A stretch of DNA of 60,150 nucleotides, filler included, from Jimgerdemannia flammicorona (GCA_003990765.1; 3 parts of 3 records of this genome joined end to end with filler, not necessarily neighbours in it); one strand, 5' to 3'. Positions 24,690 to 37,680 are shown, numbered from the whole stretch's first letter. Notes: generated by a model from the sequence alone, not told the origin. Translations and numbers: made by a program.

Positions 24690-25175
24690 ACCCTGGACTC
24701 CTTGGCAGCTTAGGGCTGCCCCTATGCCGCTGGTGAAGGGCCGCAAATTTTGCATGCTCTCTCTGCCTGCCTTGCCCATCCCAGACACTTGCAGCTTGGG
24801 GCTGCCCCTTGCTGCCAGTGGAGGGCCACAAATTTTTGTGCACTCCCTCCACTGACCCTGCACCCGCCAACCAACCCTGCCCACTGACCCGGGCACTGAC
24901 AGCTTGGGGCTGCTCCTCGCTGCTGGTGGAGGGCCACAAATTTTGCACACTCCCTCTGCCTACCCCCCTGACCTGGACACTTGTAGCTTGGGGCTGCCCC
25001 TTGCTGCTGGCAGAGGGCCGCAAATTTTGTGCACTCCCTCCACTGATCCACCCACCACCCACTGACCCACCAACCTGCCCACTGACCCACCCACCAACCC
25101 GGGCACTGGCAGCTTGGGGCTGCCCCTTGCTGCTGGCTGAGGGCTGCAAATATTGTGCGCTCCCTCCACCGCCAC
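24690..25175. repeat. Tandem array of ~6 imperfect units between the two convergent hAT genes
   Basis: Recurring CAGCTTGGGGCTGCCCCTTGCTGCTGG.GGAGGGCCRCAAATTTT...CACTCCCTC with CCAC-rich spacers. Confidence 0.85.
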
Positions 25176-25305
25176 CGCCAACTCCACCCAACTTTGGCTG
25201 CAAACTCCAGGCCGAGTCCTCAGGTTTTTTTTTCCTTTTTTATTATTTTGAAAGGTATTAAATATTCCACAAGGCCAACCAACTTATCCGCAGACCTGCC
25301 GAATT

Positions 25306-27960
25306 TTAGTGGCCTGAGCCCCACCAAGACTTCAGACACATACACACCCAGATTGTCTCAGCATTCAGCACACACCTCTTTGGGGCAATGAGGTCCACCC
25401 CACCTGAGAACACCTGCTCGATGGGAGTGCTGGAGGCAGGAATTGCCAAGTAGTCCCAAGCTATACCACACAGGCTGAGGAAGTCTGTTTGATGCAGCTG
25501 TACACCCCGGTGGGTAGAGCAGTGGTTAGATTAGTCAGTTAAATTGGTCCAACGCCCGCCTGACAACCCACCTTCCACCAGTTGAGTACCTCCAAGCCCT
25601 CCAGCAGGACCACGTGGTTGCTGGCGAGGTAAATGGTAAGTTTGTCTATTGATGGCAGCTCTTTCTCTGATGGCTCCCTCTTCCTCTTTCTGCCGAAGTA
25701 AATGTGAGATAGGAGGGATCCCTCAGCATATTCATCCAGACTTCAGCCGGAACCTTGCAGCGGTGTGTAGTTTTTCCAGTACACTTCAATTACAGCCTGC
25801 TTGGTTCTCTCAATGAAGTGCTGCTCCCTGCCCTGATCTTTATGTTATTGTAGCTTTAAGCATGGGTCCAGCACTGTTCGAAGAAAAGGAGAGTGAGTTT
25901 TTGCAGGGTTTCCTCTATTTTGGAAGAGGCAACAGCCACACACTGACATCGACATACCTGTACTGATTGAGTATACAGCAGTATCTGTTTGGGAGTAGTA
26001 TTTTCTAAGCTTGCTTAGAGCAACCTCTATGGCATCTCTCTGATCCGGGCTTAACCATAAATCACCGCAACCCTCCAGCCTGTCCTCGAGCTTGTCCTCT
26101 AGCCAGTCAATCAGAAGGTTATATACTGGTATCGCAGAGCTTATTGTCGGGGTCATTTGTTTGACTATATCCTTCGTACAATCATCGAAACACTGGCAGT
26201 TATATGTGGTGAGGTATTGTATTGTGCAGAGACAGACAAAATGAGTTTGGAGCCAGGGCAACCACTACTTACTTTCAAAACTCTGACAACATTCCTAAGT
26301 ATGTCCCACTCGCTTTCACCTAGAGCCTCAGCCCATATTTCCTTGTTGGCAGCCATCGTTGAATCTATTGGCTTTTTTTTTTTTTTTTTTTTTTAAAATA
26401 AATCTTCCATTATCTGAAACAGTTGCTTCAGCCAACCGAAGAAAAAAAGGATGCATACCACAGCAAACTCCAGCATGCACTGGATCATTGCAAATGTTGA
26501 GTTCCAATGCATACAGACGTCTAATATAAGCTCTTTCAGGGCTAAACTGATTGCCCTACACTGTGCAGTGAATTTGTCTCATCATTGTGGAGATGATCAG
26601 ACCGACACAACCAGTTTGCGCAGCTTGGAAATTATACTCAGGACCCCTCCTCTCTTGGATGTTTTATCTATGTGTGTAAGATAGTCCTGAATAGCGAGGT
26701 TCAGTACATGGGCCTGGCATCGCACATGGCAGCTTTCTGTACTGAAGGCCATGTTTTCCTGTTTGAGGCTGGCCACTAAAACTTGGAAAAATGTTGAGTT
26801 GTTTGTGGCATTGTCCATCATAATGGCCAAAATCTGTACTTGAAATATTTGGTTGACAAATTTATGTGAAAATAAGTAACCAATAAAATCTGGTTTAATT
26901 TAGGACCTCTCTCAAAATGCCAACCTGATGGCAAGCCCCCCTTTTTTACCTTGGTGGTGATCTCAAGCTCCCGGATACAACTAATAAAAGCATCTGCGAT
27001 GTTGTCTCCAGAATGAGGGCCAGCAAGTTTGATGAAGTCAAGGGTAAGAGATTTAAGCTGCCAATCGAGGTCAATCCAATGACCAGTAATGCCCAGAAAG
27101 TCAAGTCCTTCAGGACTGCTGACACTTGAAAAAATTGGAACGATACACAGAAGATTAGTATGGCCCCTGCACAAGAATGACACTATCTTCCTGAGTGGAT
27201 AGCCCTATATGGGCAAGTAATGCCCAGAAACGAAATTGCATTGGGGGATGTCCATGTGTTGATCGTAAATGAGATTTTGCCTGCTGAATTCTGCTTATTG
27301 AATGTGAGGTTAAATTGGTGAGCTCTTTTATATAATTCAGCTTGCAAAGGTCATGGTGCTACCCTTATTTTACCTGAAGTGTCTGGTGGAGATTGTCATA
27401 CTCCTTTCTATAGGCCTCCAGGACATCTTTGTGAATAGAATCGGTACTTGGCAAATATAAATCATACTTGAGGAGGCCAAAGATGCTATGTAATTGATCA
27501 CTCTCAATGGTTGTGAATGGCTGGTCTGTACACACAATCCAGCGAATGAGCTGATTTCGAAATTCTGCCGAAGAGTATGGCTAAATATTTTTGATTGAAT
27601 GGTGTTGTTGGTACAGAAATGGTCGGGCAATCGGATAAACGTACCCACCACAGCTTGGATGTCAATTTTATTTGTCTCCATGTTCTTTTTGATTTTGTCA
27701 GAGTGCTTGTCTTTTATGTGTCGATTCATGTTTGAAGTCATACCCCTAAGCATTTTGAACTTCTGGCTAGTGCAGTTCATGGGGGTGGATGAAACAATAT
27801 CATGTATATGTCAAAACAATATCATGTGTGTGACAAAACAAAGTGTCAATAGGTGTGTCTTAATTTTTTACCTGCAATAATTACAAACAACATCATCTCC
27901 TATCTTAGCATAATGTTGCCAGATTTTGGAGTGAGGATTGTATGGAAGGTGTGGAACTAT
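25306..27960 (-). pseudogene. Multi-exon hAT transposase
   Basis: BED finger SKIWQHY...CNYC / TSNMNRHIKDKH; TI(N)TWTSPN...FLGITGHWID; MDNATNN; HVRCQAHVLNL; WNST; dimerisation domain DYLAIPASSTPIEQVFS...KR..L..E...MCLKSW; disrupted by the U6 insert. Confidence 0.92.
27100..27215 (+). ncRNA. U6: U6 snRNA-derived retroposed insertion (pseudogene or chimera) with a 15-bp TSD
   Basis: Core AAAATTGGAACGATACACAGAAGATTAGTATGGCCCCTGCACAAGAATGACAC closely matches the conserved U6 core; 5' hairpin AGTCC-TTCA-GGACT; flanked by AGTAATGCCCAGAAA at 27085-27099 and 27216-27230. Confidence 0.88.
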
Positions 27961-28119
27961 CAGGGATGTTTGACTTGAAGCATCATCAGTACTGTGAACT
28001 GTTGAAGACTGATCTGTTGACATGTGTGTTTGTGTGTTTGCATATGCATATGTATGCGTGTGTATATATGTATGTGTGTGTGTTGTGTTGTGGACATGTC
28101 CAGCATATGAGTCATGTAG

Positions 28120-28500
28120 AAGATTTGGATTGGAGGATTCAGTTGAAGGATTTGGATGAGGATTTGGATTGAAGGATTCGAATTGGAGAATTCGAATTAG
28201 AGGATTTGAATTGGAGGATTCGAATTGGAGGATTTGAATTGAGTGATTTGGATTGAGTGATTCAGATTGAGTGATTCGAATTGAGTGATTCGGATTGGGG
28301 TGGTTCAGATGGGTGATTTGGATGGGTGATTCGGATGGGGCGATTCGGATGGGGTGATTCAGATTGAGTGATTCGGATTGAGTGATTCGGATTGGGGTGA
28401 TTCAGATGGGTGATTCGGATGGGGTGATTCAGATGGGGTGATTCAGATTAAATCTGAGTTGATTCAGATGGCTTCAGATTTGAGATTTAGATCAAACCGT
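28120..28500. repeat. hAT subterminal repeat array
   Basis: Many copies of GGATTCGAATT / GTGATTCRGAT[TG]G next to the right TIR; related repeats at 22060-22180. Confidence 0.85.
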
Positions 28501-31500
28501 CATGTGACAAATCGAATCTGGATTTGATTTGAATTGATTCATTCAGAGCACTAATGATCAGTCTCCAGTTCTTCCAGTCTTCCTTCCTCCCCTTATCTTT
28601 GTACAATAAGGCCACTAGCCCAAGGTCCTGCTCTCCCACCCACTCACCACTCTGAAGAACATGGTCACAGAGAGCAGCCATCTCACCCAACACTCCGGGG
28701 ACCTTCACCATCTTCTTCCAGAAGTCCCACAGTAATCCATCCTCCCCTGGTGCTATTCCAAGCTTAGTTGCTACAAGGATACTCTGGATCTCCTCTCCTT
28801 GCACTGGTAAGATCAAGTCACCTAGTCTGTCAACTTGTGGTGGCCCCCACTCCTCTAGCATGTCTACAATTGCCACCTCATCAGCACCCCCTTCTTCCTC
28901 ACTCTACAAACCCTGCCATCTCGCCTTCAGAACCCCTAATATTTGTTGTGTTCCATGCACCATGTCCCCATCAGCATCTAGGACCCCATCCCACCAATGT
29001 TGCACTCTCTTAGCTCTGAGGAGTCTCAATAAGTACCTAGTAGGCCACTCACCCCCCTCAAGTCCCTGCCACCATAGCCTATCTGCCATACCTCACATAT
29101 GAGTCTCCTCCTCCTCTCTCAACATCTGTTGTAGTTCCACTATCTCCAATTTTGCCTGCTCTATCCTCCAATCCTCAACCCTATCCAAAGTAAGCAAATC
29201 TGCCCAATCCATTTGCAATCTCCTCAGCCTGCTGGAAGCACACCTTGTGCACTTCCTCCTCTATCTTCCCACATCTCTACCAGCTTCTCCTCAATAGACC
29301 CTCACAGCCTCTTTCAATCTCATCCAACAGGCCCCCACAGACCAACCCTCATATCTCCAGGTACAGATCTTAGCCTGAATGTCCTCTGCCCAAGAGACCC
29401 ACAACCCCTTCTCGGCCAGCAGGGAGGAGTTAAGGCACCAATGTCTGGGTCCATCTCCACTCCCCCCAAACTGCCCCTGCCCCAAAAGTCCCCAGTGGTC
29501 AGACCACGGGCACCACTCCACCTCTAATGTCTTCCAAACATCAAAACCCCAATACTCAGCTGTCAAAATCCAGTCAATCCTAGTGCCCAGGCCATTCACC
29601 CAATGCATGTAGACCCTGATATTGCCCCACTGTGTTCTGCCTATATCTCCTAAGGAGCTCAAGTTCTCCACCTCCTCCCAAACATCCAGACCTCCACTTC
29701 TCCCCCCTGCATTCCTCCCTCCATCAGTTCTGTCAAGAAGCTGATCCTGAACCATATTAAAGTCCCCACCAAGAACATCGACCCCATCCTCCAAGAGTAT
29801 ACCCTCCTCCAGCAGCTCCTTAATCCATGCAATCCTCTCGCCCCTCACTGCTGGACAGTAGCAAGAGCCAACTCTCACCGACTCCCATCCTACCCAATGC
29901 CAATCTCCCCAAACCAATCTATCCCCCCAGCTTCTGATTCCCTCCAAATCACCTCTACCCTTTCTCACCAGAATCACCACTTTTCCAAACCAAGCAGTAG
30001 CCCCCCCCCCATTCCCTAGTCCATTCTATCTGATCATCCTCATCCTTACATCATATGGCTTGAAGTAAAAAGAGATCAGCCTCCAATCCCTTGAGCCAAG
30101 TAAAAATGTTCTTACACTACCCTGCTTCTCTCAATCCATTTACATTCAGAGAGAAAATATTGGTTGTACTGTTCATAGGAAAAAATATTATATAGTGATC
30201 CCATCCTCTACAAGTCTACATTCAGCTCCTCCTATCCCAAATCCAAGTCATGTTCAGCAGCTAGCTCTCTTTTGCCCACCTCTCTAGCCTCCAACCCTCT
30301 CAGAAGTTCTACCATAGCCCCATCTTCCCTCTCCTCAAAGTCCTCATGATACTCCAGACAGACCTCCTGCCAGAGCTGCAAACCATGATGCTCTGCCCAA
30401 CAGTAGGCCACCTGCTCACCAGTGACCACCACCAGCTCTGCCTTCCTTGCCTCATCAACCTCATATCCCTCCTCCTCTAGGAAGATTGCAAGAATCTCTC
30501 CCTTCAGTGCTTCCACTACTCCGTCGCCATGCAGAATCCGTGCCCAATGCTCCTCAGGCATTACCCACAGGTCCACCTCTCCCAATGCCTCTGCTGTGAG
30601 ATTATCCATCACCTTGCTCATCCACAACAAGTTCCCCACCTCCTTCCCTCCTGGAGTCCCCAGCCGCCCTGCGTCCAACATCGTAGTGTCAGCACCTACA
30701 CTGGCAGCCTCATCCCACTCCTCCTCAGGGACATCCACCAACTCATCCTTGCCAACTGCCACCACCTGGCCCCCTTTCGTCACATCAGGGACCCCAAAGT
30801 GCACTCACTGGGTTCCCTGCATCAGTATATCCTCTGTTGTCTCTCTCTTCCCAGCCAGGCCCCTCCTGATAAGAGAGGGGGGGGTGGCATCCATCTCTTG
30901 CTCCCAAACTTCGAAGGTGCCATCAGCAAATGGGTCCTTGCCCAGACTCTTCCCAGCCCCTGCCTCACTTGCCTCTACCTCCTCTCCTCCTTTGCTAGCC
31001 CAGATACTGGCTTTGATGCCTCCAGACTCCCTAGCTCCAACCACCTTCTTCGTCACCCCTCCTGTCATACTCACCAACAGCTCCCTCTGCCTCTTGCATC
31101 CCTGGGCCTGCTCCCACTGCTTTCTGTCAGTATAGATATGCTTCCCATCTACAACCTCCTGATGTGTTGACTTCTCATACAGCTTCCAGGATTTTGCCCT
31201 CCTCTCTACAGCACCACTCAACTCCTCCAGCGCCTCCAACAAGTCCTCCTCTCCTCTTCACTCCCTTTCACCCTCGACACCTTACAGACGAAGGCCCTCC
31301 ACATCAGCACCAAGGGCCAGTCACTTGTCTTCCCAGTGGCCTCCTTCCCTGCCAGCTGAATCCTGACATCAATATTGCCTATCCTGATTGTTGTTCCCTC
31401 TCACATCTGAAAGCCAATGTCCACCACATCACCATACTCTACCATCACCTCCTCCACTCTCCTCCTAGTCTCCACCTTAGTCACTGTGGGCACCCCCCTC

Positions 31501-32321
31501 ACCAGAAGCTACACCACCCTGGGGTCCCACCTCAAGTACCTCACCATAGAGACCGCCACCTCCCCAACCACCACTCCAGTCTTCAGGGCCTCGTCCAATA
31601 GGCCTGCCTCCTCAAAGCCCACCTCAACCCCCTCCAGGCCCTTCAAGAATTTCACTGAGGCCACCCCAGCCACCTGCTTCAAAATAAGCCCCAGGACCAT
31701 CCTCACCATCACTGCTAAGCCCTGGAAGCACAAGGTAGTCATGAACTCTGAAATCGACTTCTTGAGCAACGGGGTCACCGCCAGTCCCGTTACATCATCC
31801 GCCAGGTCCCCCTTCCCCTTTGGGAACCCCTGCCCCCCCTGGCCATCAGCTGTCACATCTCCTTTTTTTTCCTGATTCGCTGTCACGCCACCACCAGCAG
31901 TCCTGTCACTACCCCCAGCAGCTACTCCACTACCCCCACCTCTCACCAGTGAAGGCCCAGCTCCCCCACCATTCCCAGCCTTCTGCTTCCCCTTCCCACC
32001 TTTCTGTCCACTGCAGGCTCCCATCAGCCATCTCCCAGTCTGTAGCATATCTGCAAAGCTCCTTTCATGCTGCCCTCCAGTCCCCCCACCAGTGCCTCCT
32101 CCACTGCCCAAGCTGCCCTGCCCACTGGAGCCACCAAAAGAACCCATCCCCAGTCTATAACCTCTCCTGATATGCTGCCAGTCAAAGGCCCCAGGTCCAC
32201 CCAACCTAGTACATGTGCCGGCTTGCTTGCTGGTTGATATCTCCTTAATATCTTTCTCCAATAAACGATATGAAAGTGTGTTATAAAGTGTGTGTAACAT
32301 GAATTGTAGCGGAGAGAGATG

Positions 32322-35300
32322 ATGTCCAAAGCCAACTCTACATCTGCCATCTTCTTCCAGAAATCCCAAGATAGGCCATTCTCTCTAAGAGCTGTTCCAA
32401 GACTTGCTGTTGCCTAAATAATACATATCTCCCCACCTTGGACAGGTACTCTAAGATCTCTAAGGCCCTCTGCTGAATCTGGATACCAATTCTCCAGATG
32501 CTGTTCAATGTCCAGAACATCTTTCCCACCTTTCTCCTCACTCTACAAATACCCTTACCTCAAGCTCAACTGGTCTAAGATCTCTGGGGTTCCAACCACT
32601 ATCTTGTTAGCCTCATCTAATACTCCTTCCCACTGTTGCCTCACCCTCCTCACCTGAAGAAGCCTTGACAGGAACTTCATAGGTTACTCCCTCTCTTCTA
32701 TTCCCTACTATCTCAACTAGACTACTATATCCCTTATCTGCAGATCTTTCTCCTGTCTCAGCATTTCCTTCAGCTTCTCTATCTTGAGTTAGACCCACTG
32801 AACCCTCCAATCCCCCTCCTCTCCATTGTTCAGCAAATCAGCCCAGATCATTAACAACTTCTCCAATCTCTAAGAGACCCACTTTAATCAATTCCTCCTC
32901 TCATTACTCCTCATCTTCTCTACCTTTCCCCAGAATCTTTGAGCCTCTAATTTCAAATACTGTCACTGGTCTCCAATCTTCAGCCCCCTCACCCTCTAGC
33001 TAAGAATTCTGGAACTTATGTCTACTACCTATACATCTCACAATAAAGATACTCCCAGTAATGAGGTATTCAGATACTAATTTCCAGACCCCTCCCCACT
33101 TCCCCTGAATCTCCCACAATCCACCAGACTCTAATAGTCAGACCATGAGCACCAGATTGTCTCCAGAGGACTCCTGATATCAACTATGAGCAGTAGTGAT
33201 GGAGGCTGAAGTTGCTCAGGATGGGTGGTAGGACATAAAAGGAGTATTCCTTGGTTAGAGTCATAGAATGAGCTAGGACAGGGCCTCTTGAGAGGTGGCC
33301 AATTGGTTGGCAGGTAGCTGGGATTGGGGAGATATGAGAGTGAGGTCAGGTCTGGGGTTGAGCAGCTGCTCTATATCAGATAGTGTCTCCTCAGTATTGA
33401 GTAGTATGATGGCAGTTTTTGAGAAGGAATGTAATGATGAACTATTGGACAGACTGGATTGAGGTAGATAGTTGTCAGAATTGTGAGTGGTGTGCTGAAC
33501 TCTCTGGAGAGGTAGGGCAGACACCAGAGTATATCTTAGTGGTCTGCCCTAGAGTGGAAGGTTATTGGCAGAGCTTGGAGCAGTACTGGGGCTCTGGAGG
33601 AGAGAGACCAGGAGACTCTGTAAGTATGGTGGTCCAGAGGAGACTGGTGGGGTAAGTTGGTAATATTTGGAGTGGTATTGGTTGGATCTTGGGGGTGTGA
33701 GTCCTAATGATCTCATACTGGCAGTGGGACTTTGAGGGTCACTGTTGGATGGAGATTGGGAAGTTGGTGCAAGGGTGGTGGTATCAGAAGAGGCAGCAGG
33801 AGCTGGGGGCAGTGAAGAAGATACAAGATATTATTTTAGAGAGTCAGGGTCATTTGGTACTAGATGATAGAGGGGTGTAGTGAAAAGTTAGTATTGGCTA
33901 AATGATCTCTTGGAGTGTTAGTTAGTTTCTCTTAAGATGAGGTTATTAGTGATCAATGAGACTAGTAAATTATATATGGTTTTTATAGATCTGTTTTGGA
34001 AATAAAGAAGTTCAAGTAACTATAAAAAAAATAAAAAAAAGAACTCTAGACATCCTCACCCCAGTACTCTGCAGTTAAGATCCAGTGGATCCTTGAGCCC
34101 AACCCTACTATCTAGTGAGTATAGACCCTATGGTCTCCCCACCCAAGTCACTCAGCATCTACCAAAGAGCTCAATCTTTCAATCTCCTCCCAACCTTCTT
34201 CACCCCCACTCCTACCAGTCATCTCTCTCTCTCTATTAGTTCTGTCCAATAGCCTATCTTAAATCATCTCAAAGTCTCTACCCAAATAGTCAATCTCTAT
34301 CTTTGCTATCACTCCTGTATCTCAGAGTCCTTTTATCCACTCTACTTGCTCTCCCCTTTCCACTGAGCAATAATAAGACCCAACAGTTAAGAGGCTTTAG
34401 CCTAGCCTCTACCATACTCCCCACATCACTCTACTCTCCCAATGTCTAATATCTGCAATATCTCCTTTACCCTTTCTAACCAAAATGCCCACCCAGCTCT
34501 ACCAAACAGCCATTCTACTCCATTTCTTTGTCCAGTTCAGCATGTCTAAGTCTATATCACATTCAGTATTCTGTAGTAGAAAACGATTCACATCCAGCCC
34601 CTTTAACTAGCAGAAAATATTCTGATATCTTGCTGCACTTTATAATCCATTGACATTCAAAGATAGAATTCTAATAATACTATTTATATTGAATAATTGT
34701 TATGGAGAAATTCACCTACTCAATAATTTCATAATTACTATATCACTAGTGATATCCAGATTCCTCTCTGCCTCAAGCTCCTCAGCCTCCCCCTGCTGGA
34801 CATTCAGAGCTACCAAGATCTCCTGATAGTCCTCACTATCCACAGCTTCTAAGTTTGACTGATACTCCTTACACACTATCTACCACTTTACCAGTCCCTT
34901 CCTAGGGCCCCACAGGTAGGTTGTATGATCATTCACAATCTCCAGGAGCACTGCCTCTCTGTCACTATCTATCTCATACTCCTCTGCCTCTAACAGACCT
35001 ACTATCAGCTCATCTTGAAGCTTCTATATCTCACAGAACCTCTCTCCAGTATCTCTCACTAATTATTCAGAAGTCCACCTCACTCAACTCATCTGCAGCA
35101 ACATTTGTCAATGTCTTTCACAACTATCTCTCCTCTCCAATAGTCTCATCTACTCCTTGGACCACCTTCTGCCCCCCAGCTCCTTGACTGCTATCAGTAT
35201 CTACTCTTACTGACTCATTCCAGTCCTCCTCCAGCATATCCTGTAGCTCATCATTTCCCTCTTCCTCTATGGACATACTGTACTGAACTTAAGTCACCTC

Positions 35301-36748
35301 TACCATCACCTTGTCCTCAACTACTGTACCTTGTCCTGGGTCTCTCTCTGTTGCTGGGATCATCTTCATCACCATCTCCTTCTCTCTTACCCAAGTACTG
35401 GTCCTTAATCTAACTCTATTAGTAGTATTCCCCCCCTCTGGCTGCCCTCCCAACTTTGTCAGTAAATTATTCTGATGCTACCTCTCTTGTACCTTCTCTC
35501 AGACAGCCTGATCCAGCTACACTCACTTGGCATTCACTATATCTACTACTGTCTTAGCCTCAAACTCCTTCCAGATCAATCTTCTCTTCTCAATAGCCCT
35601 GACCAGGTTATTTAGTACATCTAGCAAGTCCTCTTTCTCCTCCAGTATCTCTCTGATCCTAGAGACCTTATACTTCACTAATCCCCACTTAAATACTATT
35701 AGCCAATCTCTTCCTTTTTTGATATTCTCCTTGTCAGCCAGCCTAACCCTGATATCTACATTCCCAGTCCTGAACTCTATATCTTCTCAGACTCATAAAC
35801 CAATATCCACCACATCCCTATACTCCTTGATAATGTTGACAATCAATTCTCTGACCTCCTCCTTCTTTACCATAGATACATATATTCACTATCACCAGCT
35901 ATATAACTCAAGGGTTCCAGTGTAAGCTCTGAGCTATAGAGATTACCATCCCTACTATAACCACACCTTTCTCCAATGCTCCCAACATCAACTCCTCCTC
36001 CTTAAACCACACCTCTACTCTATCTGGCCTCTTTAAAAACTTCACTGAGACAGCCTCTTTCACCTCATAGACCAGTAGCCCCAGAACCATTCTTGCTGTA
36101 ACCACTAAGCCCTAGAAGCACAATGTGATAGTGAATTTTAATACTGATTTCTTGAGTAACAGTACTGCCACCAGGCCCATTACATCATCAGCCAGATCTC
36201 TAGGCCTTGTACCCTATCTCTTTTTTTTTTTTTTTTTTTTTTTTTTTATAGTCACCTTGTGCTCTACCTCTGTTCAGCCCTACTATCAGTCATCATATCT
36301 GGATTTTTTTTCAGATTAGTAGTCTCCTCTCTATCAGCAGTCCTGCTCTCTCCAGCCAATATACCCCCAGCCCTGCTCCCACTTCTCCCTGGAGCCTCTC
36401 TATCAGACTCTGTAGCTCCCCCCTTCTTCTTATCACCCTGCAGCCAGGTCTCCAAGCCTGTTGATGAGTACTCAGCCTTGACCTTATAAGCAAAGCTCAC
36501 TCTTCTAGTCCCCAGTCTCTCAGTACTACTCTCTCCTCTTTTATATTTACCAGTTAGTGAGCCCAACAGACTTCTCCCCAAGCCATGACTCTTCTCTACA
36601 TATTATCAGTCAAATGTACTAGAGCTGCCCTGCCTAGTATACTCCTCCAATTTCTCATTAGTTGTAATAATATTATTACCTTTGCTCTACAAACTGTATT
36701 GAAAGTATTGTTAGAAGATTGTGTAATATGAATTATAAGAGAGAGATG
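32322..36748 (-). mobile_element. Older, decayed LINE copy D (ORF1, EN, linker)
   Basis: ORF1 remnant VTARMVLGLLVYEVKEAVSVKFLK; EN remnants; 5' leader CATCTCTCTCTT...ATTCATATTACACA. Confidence 0.78.
33182..34040 (+). mobile_element. 5'-truncated LINE 3' end inserted into copy D
   Basis: ORF2 C-terminal remnant RNVMMNY...CQNC...TPEY...C; AATAAA and ACTAT(A)n tail; degenerate TSD GGACTCCTGATATC / GAACTCTAGACATC. Confidence 0.72.
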
Positions 36749-36779
36749 AGTAGTAAATAAAGCCAGTCTCTAACATAAC

Positions 36780-37680
36780 TTTACCAAGAAAAGAGTGGAA
36801 GGAGGGGGGTATAATGGGAGCCAGGAGAGGGCCAGAGGGACCAGTAGAAGGGAAAGGGGCAAAGATCGAGCCATGGTTGAAGAAGATAGAGAAGAGGTGA
36901 GAAGACAACATATAGAAGGTAAGAAAAAAGGATGGACAAAGAACTTAGTGGAAATTGTATCAGCCATTAATTGCAATACAAAAGCATAGTTCTTATATAC
37001 AAAATATGATATTCCAAAAGAAAAGATGTACCACAATACAGAGTTAATCAAATTAGGAACCATATGATAGTTAGAGAAAAGAAGAGAGCCAATCCCAGTT
37101 GCAGGATAAAAATCACAAACAAATAAATCCAAATTGAGATTATAAAACATCCTGGCCCCCTCTGGGGTCTCATGCTTGCTCTGGGGTCTTGGTCTTCACT
37201 CTGCTCTCCTCTGCTGCCTTTGGCCCCTCAGCTTTACCTCAGGCTCACTACAGCTTACTCTACTTGACCTCACCCCTCACTCACACTCATCCCTCTGGGG
37301 TCGGCAGATGTTTTTTAATCTCAATTTGGATTGGTTTATTTGTAATTTTTATCCTGTACCTGGGATTGGCTCTCTTCTTTTCTCTGACTATCATGTGGTT
37401 CCTAATTCAGTTAACTCTACATTGTGGCACATCTCTCCTTTTGGGATGTTGTATTTTGTATATAAGTACTGTACTTTAGTGTGGCAATAAATAGCTGATG
37501 CAATTTCTGCTTTATTCTTTGTCCATTCTTTTTTCTTGCCTTCCACATGTTGTCTTCTTGCCTCTCCTCTGTCTCCTTCAACCTTGGCTCAGGCTTTGCT
37601 CCTTTCTCTCCTGCCAGTCTCTCTGGCCCTCCTCTGGCTCCTGTTGTGCCCCCTCCTTCCACTACTACTGCTTCTGCCTC
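36780..37680. repeat. Long imperfect inverted repeat (~370-bp arms, ~150-bp spacer)
   Basis: 36780-37152 is the reverse complement of ~37305-37680 (e.g. GAAGAGAGCCAATCCCAG vs CTGGGATTGGCTCTCTTC). Confidence 0.8.

Larger units (their letters stand above)
22036..28553 (-). mobile_element. Complete hAT DNA transposon (6518 bp) with cargo gene
   Basis: Perfect 17-bp TIRs TAGTGCTCTGAATGAAT (22036-22052) / ATTCATTCAGAGCACTA (28537-28553); 8-bp TSD ATGATCAG (22028-22035, 28554-28561); GATTC-type subterminal repeats; hAT transposase inside. Confidence 0.95.
20090..32321 (-). mobile_element. LINE copy C (related subfamily), ORF2 split by the hAT insertion
   Basis: ORF1 remnants ~30200-32240; EN 29291-30175; the RT motif NWR(L)I|MLLDMDRK is split exactly by the hAT; AFADD near 21530; 5' leader CATCTCTCTCC...ATTCATGTTACACA. 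Confidence 0.88.

Noticed and set aside
24444..25261. Overlapping 120-180 aa ORFs inside the hAT
   Set aside because: They arise from the GC-rich tandem array; open in several frames, repetitive, no domains.
27100..27215. Functional spliceosomal U6 gene
   Set aside because: ACAGAGA box and AGC triad are altered, there is no oligo-T terminator, and it is TSD-flanked inside a transposase exon.
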